Shown piece by piece: positions 1-11,341 of a stretch of DNA of 44,963 nucleotides (position 1 is the stretch's first letter; each line of letters opens with the position of its first letter). The position numbers were made by a program, and so were the translations under genes. Source of the stretch: Catajapyx aquilonaris. Taxonomy: Eukaryota. Location: NCBI GenBank assembly GCA_000934665.2, contig KZ538183.1, forward strand, positions 62,001-106,963, written 5' to 3'. Below the pieces are notes generated by a model. The model was not told the origin of the DNA and made no database searches. It saw nothing but the letters and a program-made list of their open reading frames with translations.

Positions 1-536
1 CACCCGCTGTGTGCCGGAGGGAGTGAAGAAGCACGAGAGGTTTAGCAGTAAGTGCATATGCGAATGGCAGCCAGGTATGCCGGAGGTACACAACTTACGG
101 ACGGTACGGTACTGACAAAGCAGGGAGGAGCAGATGCACGTCCAGCAGCAACACGTGGAAGATTTGAAATTATGTAGTGGAAGCTACTATAAACAAGATG
201 GCGGCAGGGCTCATTTTTACTCTAAGCTGCTCAAAGAGCTTCAAGCATATGATTCCCTGGCAGTGATGCCAGCAAATCGGAATGTTCTGTCTCCTGAATT
301 CGGCACATAAAGGGCCCCTTTCTCCACTTCAATGGCCCACAGCCGCCTTGCGAATGTTTTCCGACGTGTCCACGGTAAATTCAAACGCAACTTCGAGCAG
401 GTTCAACACGCAGTCTAAATCTGGCCCTGGTCGGGGGGGGGCGCGTAATATATGTCAAACAGCACAGGGCGTCATCTCACCTAACGACGGCCCTGCTGGG
501 CCCCCCTCACCCCTGCATACGCCACTGCTGTCACGA

Positions 537-634
537 GTGAAATTCGATTGTAATTAAAAATATTCGAGACTTGGGGTCGGGAAGAATTAGGCGACCCCAA
601 GTCTCGAATATTTTAAATTACAATTGAATTTCAC
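537..634. repeat. 98-nt hairpin palindrome
   Basis: 43-bp arms (537-579/592-634) with 2 mismatches and a 12-nt loop. Confidence 0.9.
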
Positions 635-2180
635 CCATCCCCATGAGACGGACTAACCCCAACCAATTGACTTGTTTCTTACAATATTGATCTCACCCAG
701 AGAAAGAATAGTTTTCGGCAGTTTTACCTGCCTGTTTCACACTACCTATTACAGCACCCATCTTGGAAAAATGGCGGCAAAAACAGTTATTTTTGGTCTA
801 TTTTTTCAACAATATATTAATATTATCAAAATTTAAAATGGCGACAAGTTAACCTTCGTATCATGCTGAACGACTTCCCACAACATATCAAAATTAACAC
901 AGAATTTTAGCGAAACATTTTTTTGAACAATCCCGCCTGGGTTGCGACTGAGTTCCTGGGTTTTTCCGGGTTTTCCCTGTCTACCCCCCCCCCCCCCTCA
1001 GCCCCCATCCTGACCACCACCAAAATTCTTCATCCTCATAAGGGTTAGCTTCCAAACCCTTTTGAGGATTAAGCGTGTTGGGAAGTGGGGCATTTTGGTG
1101 GTGGTCGGGTGCACGGAGCCTTGAGTGAAGCTGGCATATGCCTGGGTCACTCAAGGCTCTGTGGTGGGGTGGTGATGGAAAATCCATGAAGTAGGTACCT
1201 ATACTGTCCATCTATTCTTGGGTTTTCCGAATATTTTTGCACTTTCCGGACATGTTACTGACATTTTGTCATTTTCCTTGAAATCCCGACTTTTTCAAGG
1301 TCGGGAACAAGCAAATACGAATTCCCGACATTCTGAAGAGTTCCCCGACAGCGTGGGAACCCTGAACATGGTATAGATGGTCCAAAACTTTCAGAAAGGT
1401 TATTAAAATCATGTCCTTAAACATCTGACCCCGCCTATGGGCACCTGTGGATGGGCAGTGTCCCCGGACATGAGGAATTACGTTAATTCCATGTAAAACA
1501 TGGGTTACAAACTTGTAATTTCAAAGAATAAGCTCTTTGTACCTAAAAAACAAGTATGGTATTTGAACTCCTTAGTTACATTTACCAGGTGCCACAGAAG
1601 TGATGCACTCATCTCAACACTTCAATTAATGACGTTTAGAGCAGAATAACATGCCTTCAAGCAACCAAACCAACAGGTTTTTGATTCAGCTTCTCAATAT
1701 GGCTGCATGAGCAAGTCAAGACAAAAATCCTGTACATTGCTGCTTCCGGGATGATTTTATAAGTTTTTGTTTTTATCTACGGTCATGACTAGAAACCTTG
1801 GGACAAAATTCATCTTGCAGTAAAATCATTGCAAATTGGAACTTCAGGACAAACAATGCACTAGTCTTTACCTTCAGTATTCCTTTCTCCATGACTAATA
1901 TAAAAAGTGAAATAACATCTTATGCCTTCCGTAAAATTGACAAAACTACAAAAGTGAAGGTTGGGACACGCCTCGGAATTGACTTTTCACGCTCTGTGGA
2001 CTAAAGAAAAATATGATATAATTTTCTCATTACAAATTTGTTGTGTGTCCTGTATTCCACAAGTGGCACTCGTATTTCTTTGTATTAGCTGGGACAAGAT
2101 TTGCATGTTTTTTCACTATTCACCCATACATCTAAACCAGCCTCATGTGGCAGTTCTGATCCACACTGTGAAGCTAATAC

Positions 2181-3627
2181 CAGTGTTCGAAATTGGGATA
2201 CATAGGCAGGTCGCCAGTGGCACCTGATATGTATAGCATGGTCGCCAAAACTGTATGTCTAGTCGCCATTATTTTATTATATTATATATCATTACTGTTC
2301 CACAGCATAAAATCGCCTATAGTTATAGTGTACAGCGTTAACCCTTTGATGCCTGAGTTTTTTTGGCCGTTTTAGTCTCTTTAGGGAAAAAAATTCTAGT
2401 AGCAGTAATATTAATGAAAAACAATATGCTCCAATATTTATCATTTCAACTCGTGGTGGTTCTTTTGACTGTAAAATGCCAAAAAATCATCTACAGCGTG
2501 TTCCAGAAAGAAAATTACAGTGCAATTAACTTTACTTATTTAAATTTTTAAAGTCACTATAAAATTGTTACAATGGTTACATAATACTACTAAAACAAGG
2601 TACTTTGAGAAATTACTGAGTCCAGACGTCGCATGTTGCCGAAAACTTTCAGGTGGGAGGGGGTATGTTTAGCTCCCGCTGGGAGGAGGGAAAACTGATT
2701 AGCATACGCCAGGATAGTTGAGACTCCTTCCACGAGGTGGTAGGAACAGTTTGAGCCTCAAACTGCGCCATTTTTGTGTAAACGCTAGCTCTCCAGTTCA
2801 AAAACCAGCAGGACATCATATGATGTCCGTAGGCATCAAAGGGTTAATATGCTTCACAATTCAGAAGCATATTTTAGTTTTTTACCAACTGCTTCTTTTT
2901 AGACACAGAACTGCAATAATAGCTTATACAAATCACATCAATGATGGATTCACTTTGTTCCTCGGTGTTGATTTTATGCTGGCCCTTCTTCCTCGTCAGC
3001 TGGTTTGCTGACTTTGGCAATGATACCGCCCACAAAAAAAACCGAAATCTTGCGTTTTGCCATTTTCCTCGGGAGAGCACTTCTCGAGTCCGATCCGCCT
3101 CTCTTGCCGACTGCGACTCGAAATCAGTCGAAAGACTATCTAAGACTATTTCGAAACTTCTCTCTCTCCCCCGTCTCCCCCTCCCCCTCAACCCTCAAGG
3201 CCTCAATGCACTCATGACTTATACCGGTCATCGACCTTGGACCTTCTTCACCACACCTTCCCTGTTCCCTCCTCTTATTATGTCCATCCTGTCGCCTGTC
3301 CTGCTTTCCCCTTTCCCCTCCTCTATATCTGGCTGTGACCCCGCGTAGCCGAGTCCTTCCTGCTATCCTGCAACCTTATTTACCCCAACTTGGAACTTGA
3401 ACTTGACCCCCGGAGTGAGGACCCCAATAAATACCAAGCGCGCTTCATGATAATGAGCCACCAACAGAATCAGCACTGCAGGAACGAAATTGAAAATACG
3501 AGGCAGAAATACAGTATTGGGAGGGAAAGCTAGTCGCCAAAGTGGCGACTAGCCATCTTTATTCAGTCGCCAATGGATAACCTAAAGTCGCGAAATGCGA
3601 CTGGCGACCAATTAATTTCGAACCCTG
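2181..3627. mobile_element. Non-autonomous hAT-like element (family H1) carrying nested insertions
   Basis: TIR CAGTGTTCGAAATT/AATTTCGAACCCTG, perfect 8-bp TSD GCTAATAC, subterminal GTCGCCA repeats. Confidence 0.85.
2342..2843. mobile_element. piggyBac-like MITE nested in hAT element
   Basis: TTAA on both sides; 13-bp TIR CCCTTTGATGCCT. Confidence 0.88.
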
Positions 3628-3670
3628 GCTAATACCACCCCGCAATGAAACCTAAAAATTCAATTACTTA

Positions 3671-3898
3671 AGGCCGCTTCACAAACTCGGCGTTGCGAAA
3701 GCGGGGCGAAATTCCCGTTTTACGAACTCGGATTTGCGTGAGTGGGGCGTGCAGAGCGCGGAAAATTTGCGAAGGGCTATTCACAAATGCTGCGTGCGAT
3801 GACTGAGCGCGGGCGTTGCGCTGGCGTCCAACCGGGTGGACTTTCTGCGGAAGGCACACACGCCTCGCTTTCGCAACGCCGAGTTTGTGAAGCGGCCT
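3671..3898. mobile_element. PIF/Harbinger-like MITE
   Basis: 33-bp perfect TIR AGGCCGCTTCACAAACTCGGCGTTGCGAAAGCG, TTA on both sides. Confidence 0.85.
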
Positions 3899-4120
3899 TT
3901 AGGGCAAAAAGACCTAAGTTGTCATGCCATATACAGTATGATGCAATGGACCTAGAAACTAATGTAAAACATAACAACTATGTAGGCCGTTGTAGCATTT
4001 AAGTTGGAGTATAGACATAGGTTCAGGATTTCCGGAATGCTTGGCTTAGGTACATTAAGTCAAAAGGCTCCCTTTTTGAATTCTATCATGTTAATATTCT
4101 TCCAACTAGGATAAACTATT

Positions 4121-4491
4121 GTTTATCCGCACCTTAACAACGTGGTAGGGGCTGGGCGGGGTGGGGCCCTCCCGAAGGTTGGCAACATTGCGTCGTAAAC
4201 AATCGGGTGCCTTGATACTGCTGCCAGCCAAATTCGAATGCCTTCACGGTTGCTTGATGAAGTGTCGTTCTTTGGGTTAATGGACTGCAGCAACCATCAT
4301 GGCTTTCATATTTCCTACCTCCTTCATTAATACTGTGGTCCTAGCACTCGTCTGATCGGTTCGCATGGCAGGGGTAACAAGACGCCCTTTGTTGTGCTCT
4401 CCTGGCAACCGATTGTTTGCAACCCGTAGCCAACATGTTTGGAGCCCACCACGCCTTCCCAGCCCCGCCACGTCGCTAGGTGCGGATAAAC
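4121..4491. mobile_element. TIR element, superfamily unassigned
   Basis: TIR GTTTATCCGCACCT with longer imperfect inverted arms, flanked by direct repeat AAACTATT. Confidence 0.8.
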
Positions 4492-4652
4492 AAACTATTG
4501 CGTCCAAACGGTTCAAAATGACTCAGACAACCCAGGAGTCCCCTCCCTTTGGAACATTCCCCCTTCCCCACTATTTCTGCAGTTGTATACATATTGTCAT
4601 CATAATCAAGGTCCTGCAAGATACACCCAACAGGAGTGAAAGCACTACCTGT

Positions 4653-4668
4653 TTATTATTACTATTAC

Positions 4669-4702
<34 letters not shown>
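4653..4702 (+). repeat. (TTA)n microsatellite next to the Wee1 donor site
   Basis: Visible trinucleotide run. Confidence 0.95.
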
Positions 4703-4704
<2 letters not shown>

Positions 4705-4729
4705 AACTATCAGAGTAGTAGTAGCTAAC

Positions 4730-5079
4730 CCAAGGCAAAGATGTCGGCTTTGGGCAAGTGATCATACTGGTCCCTTAGCACCTCCTTAGCCAGGTAACGG
4801 CAGTCCCCTTCCTCCACCTGGGGATTGCACACTGACGATACGTGGCCCAGGTCCCCAATCTTGTACAACACTTCCTCCTCTTCCACTTCTTCAACCTCCA
4901 TCTTTGGACTCATCCCTTTTGAATCGTTCATGACATTCTTCTGGCTTCTGTGTGTTTCCTCTTCCTCAAATCCATCATCTGTTGAGTCGTAGTTGATTGC
5001 AAGACTCTTCCTCTCCCGGGATATGAATATGTTACCAGGCTTTATGTCCATGTGGACCAGTTGCATGGAGTGGATGTAA
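4730..5079 (-). CDS. WEE1: Wee1 kinase exon (catalytic loop to subdomain IX); gene continues beyond the left edge of the window
   Basis: ttttccttgcAG acceptor and G|GTTAGC donor. Encodes [34 protein letters not shown] found no following exon in 1-4729. Confidence 0.97.
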
Positions 5080-5119
5080 CTGCAAGGAAAAGCCCAATTG
5101 TACAAATTGCAGACTGTCA

Positions 5120-5504
5120 ATGAGGTTTATATGGGTGGAGTAGTTGGTAAGAGGGGCAAGGGTAGGCCTAGGAAGACATGGTTGGACCAGGTGGGTCAGT
5201 GTCTTAAGGGTGTTGCTAGTGTTAAGCCGAGACGTTCTTGTGTCAATAGGACCATGGACGTGGCTGAGGCTAGGGTTGTTTGTTTGGATAGGTGTAAATG
5301 GCGTAGGTTAATTAATGGGTAAATAGGTAAATTTGTCTGAGGATAAGGTGATGTCTGAGGTGGGCAGGGGTGGGGGGTGGGACAGGTTGTTTTTAGGTTC
5401 TTTATCATGTGTTTTATTAGTTCATGTTGGGTTAGCTTGCATTTCCCTTCATCGCTGACTACCCCTCATAGGGAAATGTCGTGATGTTGTTGTTGTTGTT
5501 GTTG
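5120..5504 (+). mobile_element. 5'-truncated RTE-like LINE (ORF C-terminus, 3'UTR, (GTT)n tail)
   Basis: Translation GKRGKGRPRKTWLDQV…ARVVCLDRCKWR matches the RTE-type C-terminal pattern; microsatellite tail; 13-bp TSD TTGCAGACTGTCA (5107-5119/5505-5517). Confidence 0.88.
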
Positions 5505-6340
5505 TTGCAGACTGTCATGCCAACTTTTGTGATCATGATTATTTTCCTATCCAGTGACTCATAGGGCTGGTTATGCTTTTAAAAGCATATCAGTACAGAA
5601 GGATCTCTTGAATGATTAATGTTACTGTGTACAAAATAGCGTTTATCAGAAATAATTTCTAATAATATTAGAGAAAAGTTATGCGGAGGCAGCCGGCATG
5701 GCAGTGAAAATGCTGCTGAACCGACCTCGGAAGGGCGTCCAGGTCACAGTGCACCAAGTGGGGCAAGAGCTGGACATGGTGCGGAGGCTAGCAGGGTCGG
5801 GGGCTTGCGACAAAAAAATAGGTAACTTCCGAGCTCTGGCTTCCGCATTCCCAACATGGCCGAGGAAGGCCGACAAGTCCGCGTGGCGGTGCTGGGTGGC
5901 TCGAACCAGCTCCAAAATTCGCTTCTATATGGCTCTGACATAGGAGCGCGATTTTTTGTTTAGTAGCATGAGTGACCATAATTTGCTCGCGTCTAGGAGA
6001 AAATCGCCGATGTGTGTATGCCTTCGGCCAGACGTGAATTCGCTGAAATTAGTTTGCTTTTGATCAAAATCGCATATATGTGAACGCACCTGACAGGTGA
6101 AAATAGGCGCTAATAGGCCATTTAGGTCCCAACGTCCGAAATAGGCAATTTTAGGTTTCATAAAGCTACGATTTTTGAGGTCCTTGTGTTATAAAACTGA
6201 TAATTATTTTGGTTTCAGTGTTCTGCCTACAAAATAAAAAGTAGGTAAAAACCTAGAAATATGCTCTTTGGTCATCATCTAATATGTACAAAGATATTAA
6301 CCCATTTGATCTACTTATATTTTAATAATATTTTAAGTCA

Positions 6341-6580
6341 GGGGCAACACGGTGGCGGAGTGGTTAGCGCTGCAGCCTTCCACCTCTAAGGTCCCGAGTT
6401 CGAGACCCGGGTGGGACGGAGGATACCTATGTGGATAGAGTTTCGATGGGTTTTCTCGGGGTTCTCCCGTTTCCTCCCGCTATCAAAATCCATCACAGCG
6501 CAGGCAATGATTAAAGTCGGTTAAATAAAGGATGATCCCCTAAGAGGCCCAAGGCGGCCTAGCACGGGGTATCCATTATT
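6341..6580 (+). mobile_element. tRNA-derived SINE family A, copy 1
   Basis: A box TGGCGGAGTGG, B box AGTTCGAGACC, ATT tail, 16-bp TSD ATAATATTTTAAGTCA. Confidence 0.9.
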
Positions 6581-6823
6581 ATAATATTTTAAGTCATGCC
6601 TTATAAGGCAGAAACTAAAATAGAAAAAAAATAGTTCAGCTTAAAATTTCAATTACAACAGAAGTTACAAGGCACACACATCCTATATATAGGATGCTAG
6701 GATAAGCCGTATAATTTTTTCTTTACTCATTGCTTCACATTACATGCAATGAGTGGCAATTCTCATATTGAATGGTGCAGTGCAGCCCCCGGACACTTCT
6801 ATTCCACGCCAACAGAAAAAGCT

Positions 6824-7297
6824 GTGCCGTTATCTCTTCCTGCATTGGAACTAGTATATCTGCAATGGAATCATGCTGTGGAACTCGCTGAGTCATAGCG
6901 ACTAGCGACCCTGACAGTACAACTTTGCATTAACACCTAGCTACCAATCGCTACCAATAGCGATACACCAAGATGCATAGTTGGACGGTGGTATGCAATA
7001 ATGGGGCAACCCACAAAAATGTCAAAATTGAGTTAAGCCCAGGAACATCCACCCAAACGATAGTTAAAAACAAAGTGGCAATATCTGCATTCTTCTTCCA
7101 TAAATGACCGAAAAGAACACTGAATTAATTTCACAGGTATGACCTTCAAAGCCCCTTTTCTCAAAACTGTTCTCATGTGGGTTGACTCATTATTGCATAA
7201 CATCGTCCAGTTGTACCGTCAGGGTCAACTCAGTGAGTTCCACAGCGTGATTCCATTGCAGACATACTAGCGCCAATGCGGGAAAGGTTAACAGCAC
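6824..7297. mobile_element. Degenerate palindromic MITE-like element
   Basis: Long imperfect inverted arms (e.g. TGCAATGGAATCA..CTGTGGAACTC vs GAGTTCCACAG..TGATTCCATTGCA). Confidence 0.65.
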
Positions 7298-7328
7298 GCA
7301 ATATGGCGGCGAATGTACCGACCATGGC

Positions 7329-7466
7329 CTTAGGATACTTAGGTCTGGTCACTCCCTCTTATCGCCTGATGGGGCGTTTTGTGGGAGGTGCTCGCTTGAG
7401 AGCGCCTGTCTCTGATGTCAACGCATGTGGGGACCCTACCGGACCGCGCTGAACTTTTTTTTAAAA

Positions 7467-7515
<49 letters not shown>

Positions 7516-7963
7516 GATTACCCCGTGATACAGCCGTGAGCAGTTTTAGGGGGGTGGCAGACCACCATTGGTTTTGTAGTGTTTTTACAACTTTTTCTAC
7601 ATTCTCCGGTGCAGGGAATCAGGGACATTGGGAAAGGATAGGGATTGTTGGGGAGGGGACACTTGTGCAGTGCAATGTCATGAAACCTTTGGGCCATGTG
7701 CAGTCCCCCAGGAGGTTAGGTTGCCAGACACCTCCAAGGTGCAGGTCAGAGACCCTACCGACGCAGGTGAAAGGAAGTTCCCCAGGCGGGGATCGAACCT
7801 GGGGCCTTTCACTCAGCAAGCCGAGACGTTACCACCTCGGCCACCACACCTCCCCCATGGACCGCACTGAACTTAGGTAGAAGAGAAGTCTTCCCTTCTT
7901 CTTAAGTTCAGCGCGGTCCAGTAGGGTCGCCACATGTGTTTACATCCAGTGAAAGGCACTCTC
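7329..7963. mobile_element. Foldback-type repeat (same family as 33870-34525) interrupted by a SINE
   Basis: Inverted arms (ATGTGGGGACCCTACCGGACCGCGCTGAACT and its complement); sequence similar to 33870-34525. Confidence 0.7.
7457..7856 (-). mobile_element. tRNA-derived SINE family B, copy 1
   Basis: A box TGGCCGAGGTGG, B box GGTTCGATCCC, long (TAA)n tail, 16-bp TSD GGACCGCRCTGAACTT; four copies in the window. Confidence 0.92.
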
Positions 7964-8008
7964 ATCATTGGTCAAAATTACAGTTCGAGTGATAATTTTT
8001 TAAAATTT

Positions 8009-8253
8009 AATAATAATAATATGTAATAATAATGGTTCATCTTTTGAATAACAGACTGTAATCATTTTCCTGCAATGTGATGGATTTTGATAGTGGGAGG
8101 AAACGGGAGAGCCCCGAGAAAACCCACGCGAACACGGAGAGAACCCATCGAAACTCTATCCACATAAGTATCTTCCGTCCGCCCCGGGGATCGAACTCGG
8201 GACCTTAGAGGTGGAAGGCTGCGGCGCTAACCACTCGGCCACCGTGTCGCCCT
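8009..8253 (-). mobile_element. SINE family A, copy 2 (V-domain-like core)
   Basis: Highly similar to 6341-6580 in reverse; A/B boxes; (ATT)n tail; approximate TSD ATTTTTTAAA(A)TTT. Confidence 0.9.
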
Positions 8254-8446
8254 ATTTTTTAAATTTCTGCGGTAGTTTTCTTGAGTTCGGCATTTACTTA
8301 TTGCCATAAATATAAATACAAAAAAATAATACAGCATGAATTCGTGCTGATGACCTTTATTTATTAATATTTATAGTTGAAAATGTAGGTTTTCAAGATT
8401 ATTTTTCTTCACAAAATAGGTCATATCTGCGCTTCCGTTGAACTTA

Positions 8447-9470
8447 CACTGTAATTCATGTACCAGCTATGTCCTACTTCCCAGCTAGTACACGTGGCCT
8501 TAACCAGTACATAGGTAGGACGCAACCAGTACAGAGCCTCGTGTCCTAGCTGTAGCCGGTACACAGATGGTCCACACTTCCAGATGGTATCGAGCTGGTA
8601 CCGAGCTGGTATATTGAGGAACCTCAAGAACACGTGTCAACAGGATTTAGGAGGGGGAGGGGGGACAAAAAAATTCGCCCATTTATTTCCAAGTCGCCTT
8701 TTTTTTGCTGGAGTAACCTCAGTGGCCCATCGGCAAAGACTTCGAAAATGATGCAAGATTTTTTTTTCTCCTCCCTCCCACCCTCCCTCCCAACGGTCGC
8801 ATCACAGCCAGTATACGGAACATTCCATGTTCCGTTCAGTTCAATCCTCAGTGTCGCTCAGTCTGCAGCAATGGACAGTGGATGCGGTGTATGTGTGGTG
8901 ACTGATAGGAATCACAAGAATTGCAGCTGGACATGTGGCCAGCGCATATTGTGAAGGGCCAGAGTGCTACCTACGACTGCAAGAGTGCGAGGCCGATATG
9001 GTTTTGGGTGCAAGTCAGAACAAGGATTATGACATCAGCGTCATATTTTTGTTATTTAACATGTGATTTTGTATATTTATTTATAGATAAAATAATGTGT
9101 AAATGCATCATTTAAGTTCCGTGTGGAATGTTTATAATTATGTGATTTTCCCCCCCTTCAATTGGCGGGGTGGGGTGGGGAGGGGCGGGGTGTCTTGACG
9201 TCACCATTGATGACGTATACATTGGAGGTGGGGGGTGGCAATAAGAGAAAGGGGAGAGGGGGTGGTGGTGGTGAGAAAAGGGGGAATGGGTTCAGGTGGT
9301 TGGGGAGGGGGGAATTCGAATTTTTTGCTTACGCAGCTGCGCGCGCACCTGCGGATGTTTACGACATGTACCGGTTGCTAGCCTGGACATTGCCAGGACA
9401 TCAGCCAGTACCCAGGCGGTATTTTGCGATCCCGAAATACCGGCTCCGAGCCGGTACATGAATTACAGTG
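8447..9470. mobile_element. Non-autonomous CACTA/EnSpm-like element
   Basis: TIR CACTGTAATTCATGTACC, TA on both sides, repeated subterminal CC(A/G)GTAC motifs. Confidence 0.8.
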
Positions 9471-9801
9471 TAGAATGACAGTTCCTTTTTTGGATTGTAG
9501 TGTTATTCATGACGCTTTCAACGGTGTGTCACACTTTCAATTTGTACTGTAAGTTTAGGCTTGAGAAATTTAAAAACCTCTGCTTGGGGGTGATGCTAAA
9601 CTTTTGACTGGTATTGTATAATAAATATTCTGGGAGTACACTGTTGTTTTTATAATAAAATAACGGAAGTTACTTTCTGAATGTTTTAGTCATGAGTCTA
9701 GCTTTGGCAACTACTAGGCCAAACCAACTATGAGAGTAAAGTATAAATATTTAAAAACCGCCAATAAAAAACTGACCTTACACTAAATAATAACTCCAGC
9801 A

Positions 9802-9989
9802 TGCAGTAGGTGAATTGTGTATAATTTCTCAACCTCTTATTGAAGGAGTGAGCAATGAGGAAAACTAATCAAGGAAATTTTGGGGTTGATTGAAGAATTT
9901 AACAGGTCGATAGTAGATGCAGGATTAGTTTTCCTCATTGCTCACTCCTTCAATAAGAGGTTGAAAAATTACACAATTCACCTACTGCA
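9802..9989. repeat. Palindromic MITE-like hairpin
   Basis: About 68-bp near-perfect arms (9802-9870/9923-9989). Confidence 0.88.
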
Positions 9990-10138
9990 CTGCCTAACTT
10001 TTCTGGCAGGGCTATATCAAAATATAGCTAACATATTTCAGTCTTTTTAAACTGTGAATGTGACAGATGGCTAGCTGCAACTACAAATGGTTCCTTTCAG
10101 GTACTCCTTCCCAACACCCCATTCTCCCGACTTCTACC

Positions 10139-10420
10139 TAGGGTTCGAAATTAGCGGTCACCAGTCGTATGGTCCGACTATTATTATCAATTGGCGATCG
10201 AAGTAAGATATCTAGTCACCGCTTTTGGTGACTAGCTTTTTCCTGCCCCAATTGCATTTCTGTCAATAATAAAATTATTGCTAAGATTCTGGTCACAATG
10301 TGGTGTTTTCTTCGCCCAATTAACATTTCAAATGTGACAATGTTTAAAACAAGAATGGCGATGACACCTTGGTTTCAGATGCCACTTGGACCTACTTATA
10401 TGTCTCAGTTTCTAACTCTG
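10139..10420. mobile_element. hAT-like MITE family H1
   Basis: Perfect 8-bp TSD CTTCTACC; termini TAGGGTTCGAAA…TTTCTAACTCTG; body matches 38280-38627. Confidence 0.85.
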
Positions 10421-10752
10421 CTTCTACCTGTTTCCAAACATGGAAAACACCTTGGGAATTGGCCTCATGGGATGAAAATGAGGCCAAGGAAGCTGTGGAG
10501 ATGGTCTTAGGGAGTGGGGGATGAGAAAGAACCCCTCTTTCTACCATTAACTGGTTTGGAGACGTTGCCCTGAAGATGGACCAAATGCATTTGCATGTTG
10601 AACAATAAAAATGTTTCTTTGCCATATTATCTCTTGCATTTTTGCTCCATAGTGAGAACTCATAAAATGCCCCTTGTATGCTTTGCATCTCTAACAGTAA
10701 AAATCTAAAAGCTTATTATGAAATAAGTGAGTAATCAGCTCATGAAACATAC

Positions 10753-11016
10753 CGAAGTCCTTCTGCAACATGAACGAGAAGGGTCTTGAGCTCATTTTCT
10801 CCCATTACTCCTGTGGTCTCTGTTACCCCATCTTTTGCTCCCAATTCCTCCCTGTCCTTCTGTGCCTTCTCAATAACCTCAGCTAGACTTCCTCCATTGC
10901 AGTACTCATTCTGTATGATCATGTGGTCCTCCTCGGCCCAGGCTGAATAGTAGCGCACCACATGCTGATGTTTGCCCAAAACAGCATGAGCATACACCTC
11001 ATTCAGGGCTATCTTC
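10753..11016 (-). CDS. WEE1: Wee1 kinase exon (subdomains III-VIa)
   Basis: tttgcAG acceptor and CG|GTATGT donor with matching phases (2/2). Encodes [42 protein letters not shown]. Confidence 0.97.
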
Positions 11017-11341
11017 CTGCAAATATAGCAATGGAATTAAGCCAAGCATATTTCAAGTTATACAATTAGTAGAGATAAGAACTGGTACAATCTTCACATG
11101 AATTTTTGCTGTTATAAACAAATCCTAAATTTATTCACAAATGGGAAGTTTTAGAATTACTACTAAAAAATTGGTTATGATATTTTAGCTGACAATTCTA
11201 CACTACCACATTAAAAATTATTACAGAATGTCATTCAAGTTTTCACATCACATCATGTACCAAAGTGGGTAATTCTGTGTTGTCCAGAGCATATAATATA
11301 AAAATTCAGAAATCAAGTAATGCACAATTATTATTACTCAC

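Noticed and set aside
4475..4613. Candidate next Wee1 exon after the tcttgcAG near 4614
   Set aside because: In the required phase it hits a stop within three codons, and the other frame I read shows no kinase subdomain X-XI similarity.
5679..6161. GC-rich stretch with overlapping short ORFs in a Wee1 intron
   Set aside because: No recognisable domain or splice framework; probably a TE remnant whose boundaries I cannot define.
7425..7880. Recurrent similar ORFs (…SPRRLGCQTP…) at 7425, 29068, 30499 and 37027
   Set aside because: These are translations of non-coding SINE-B copies, with inconsistent frames and a poly-Y run from the microsatellite.
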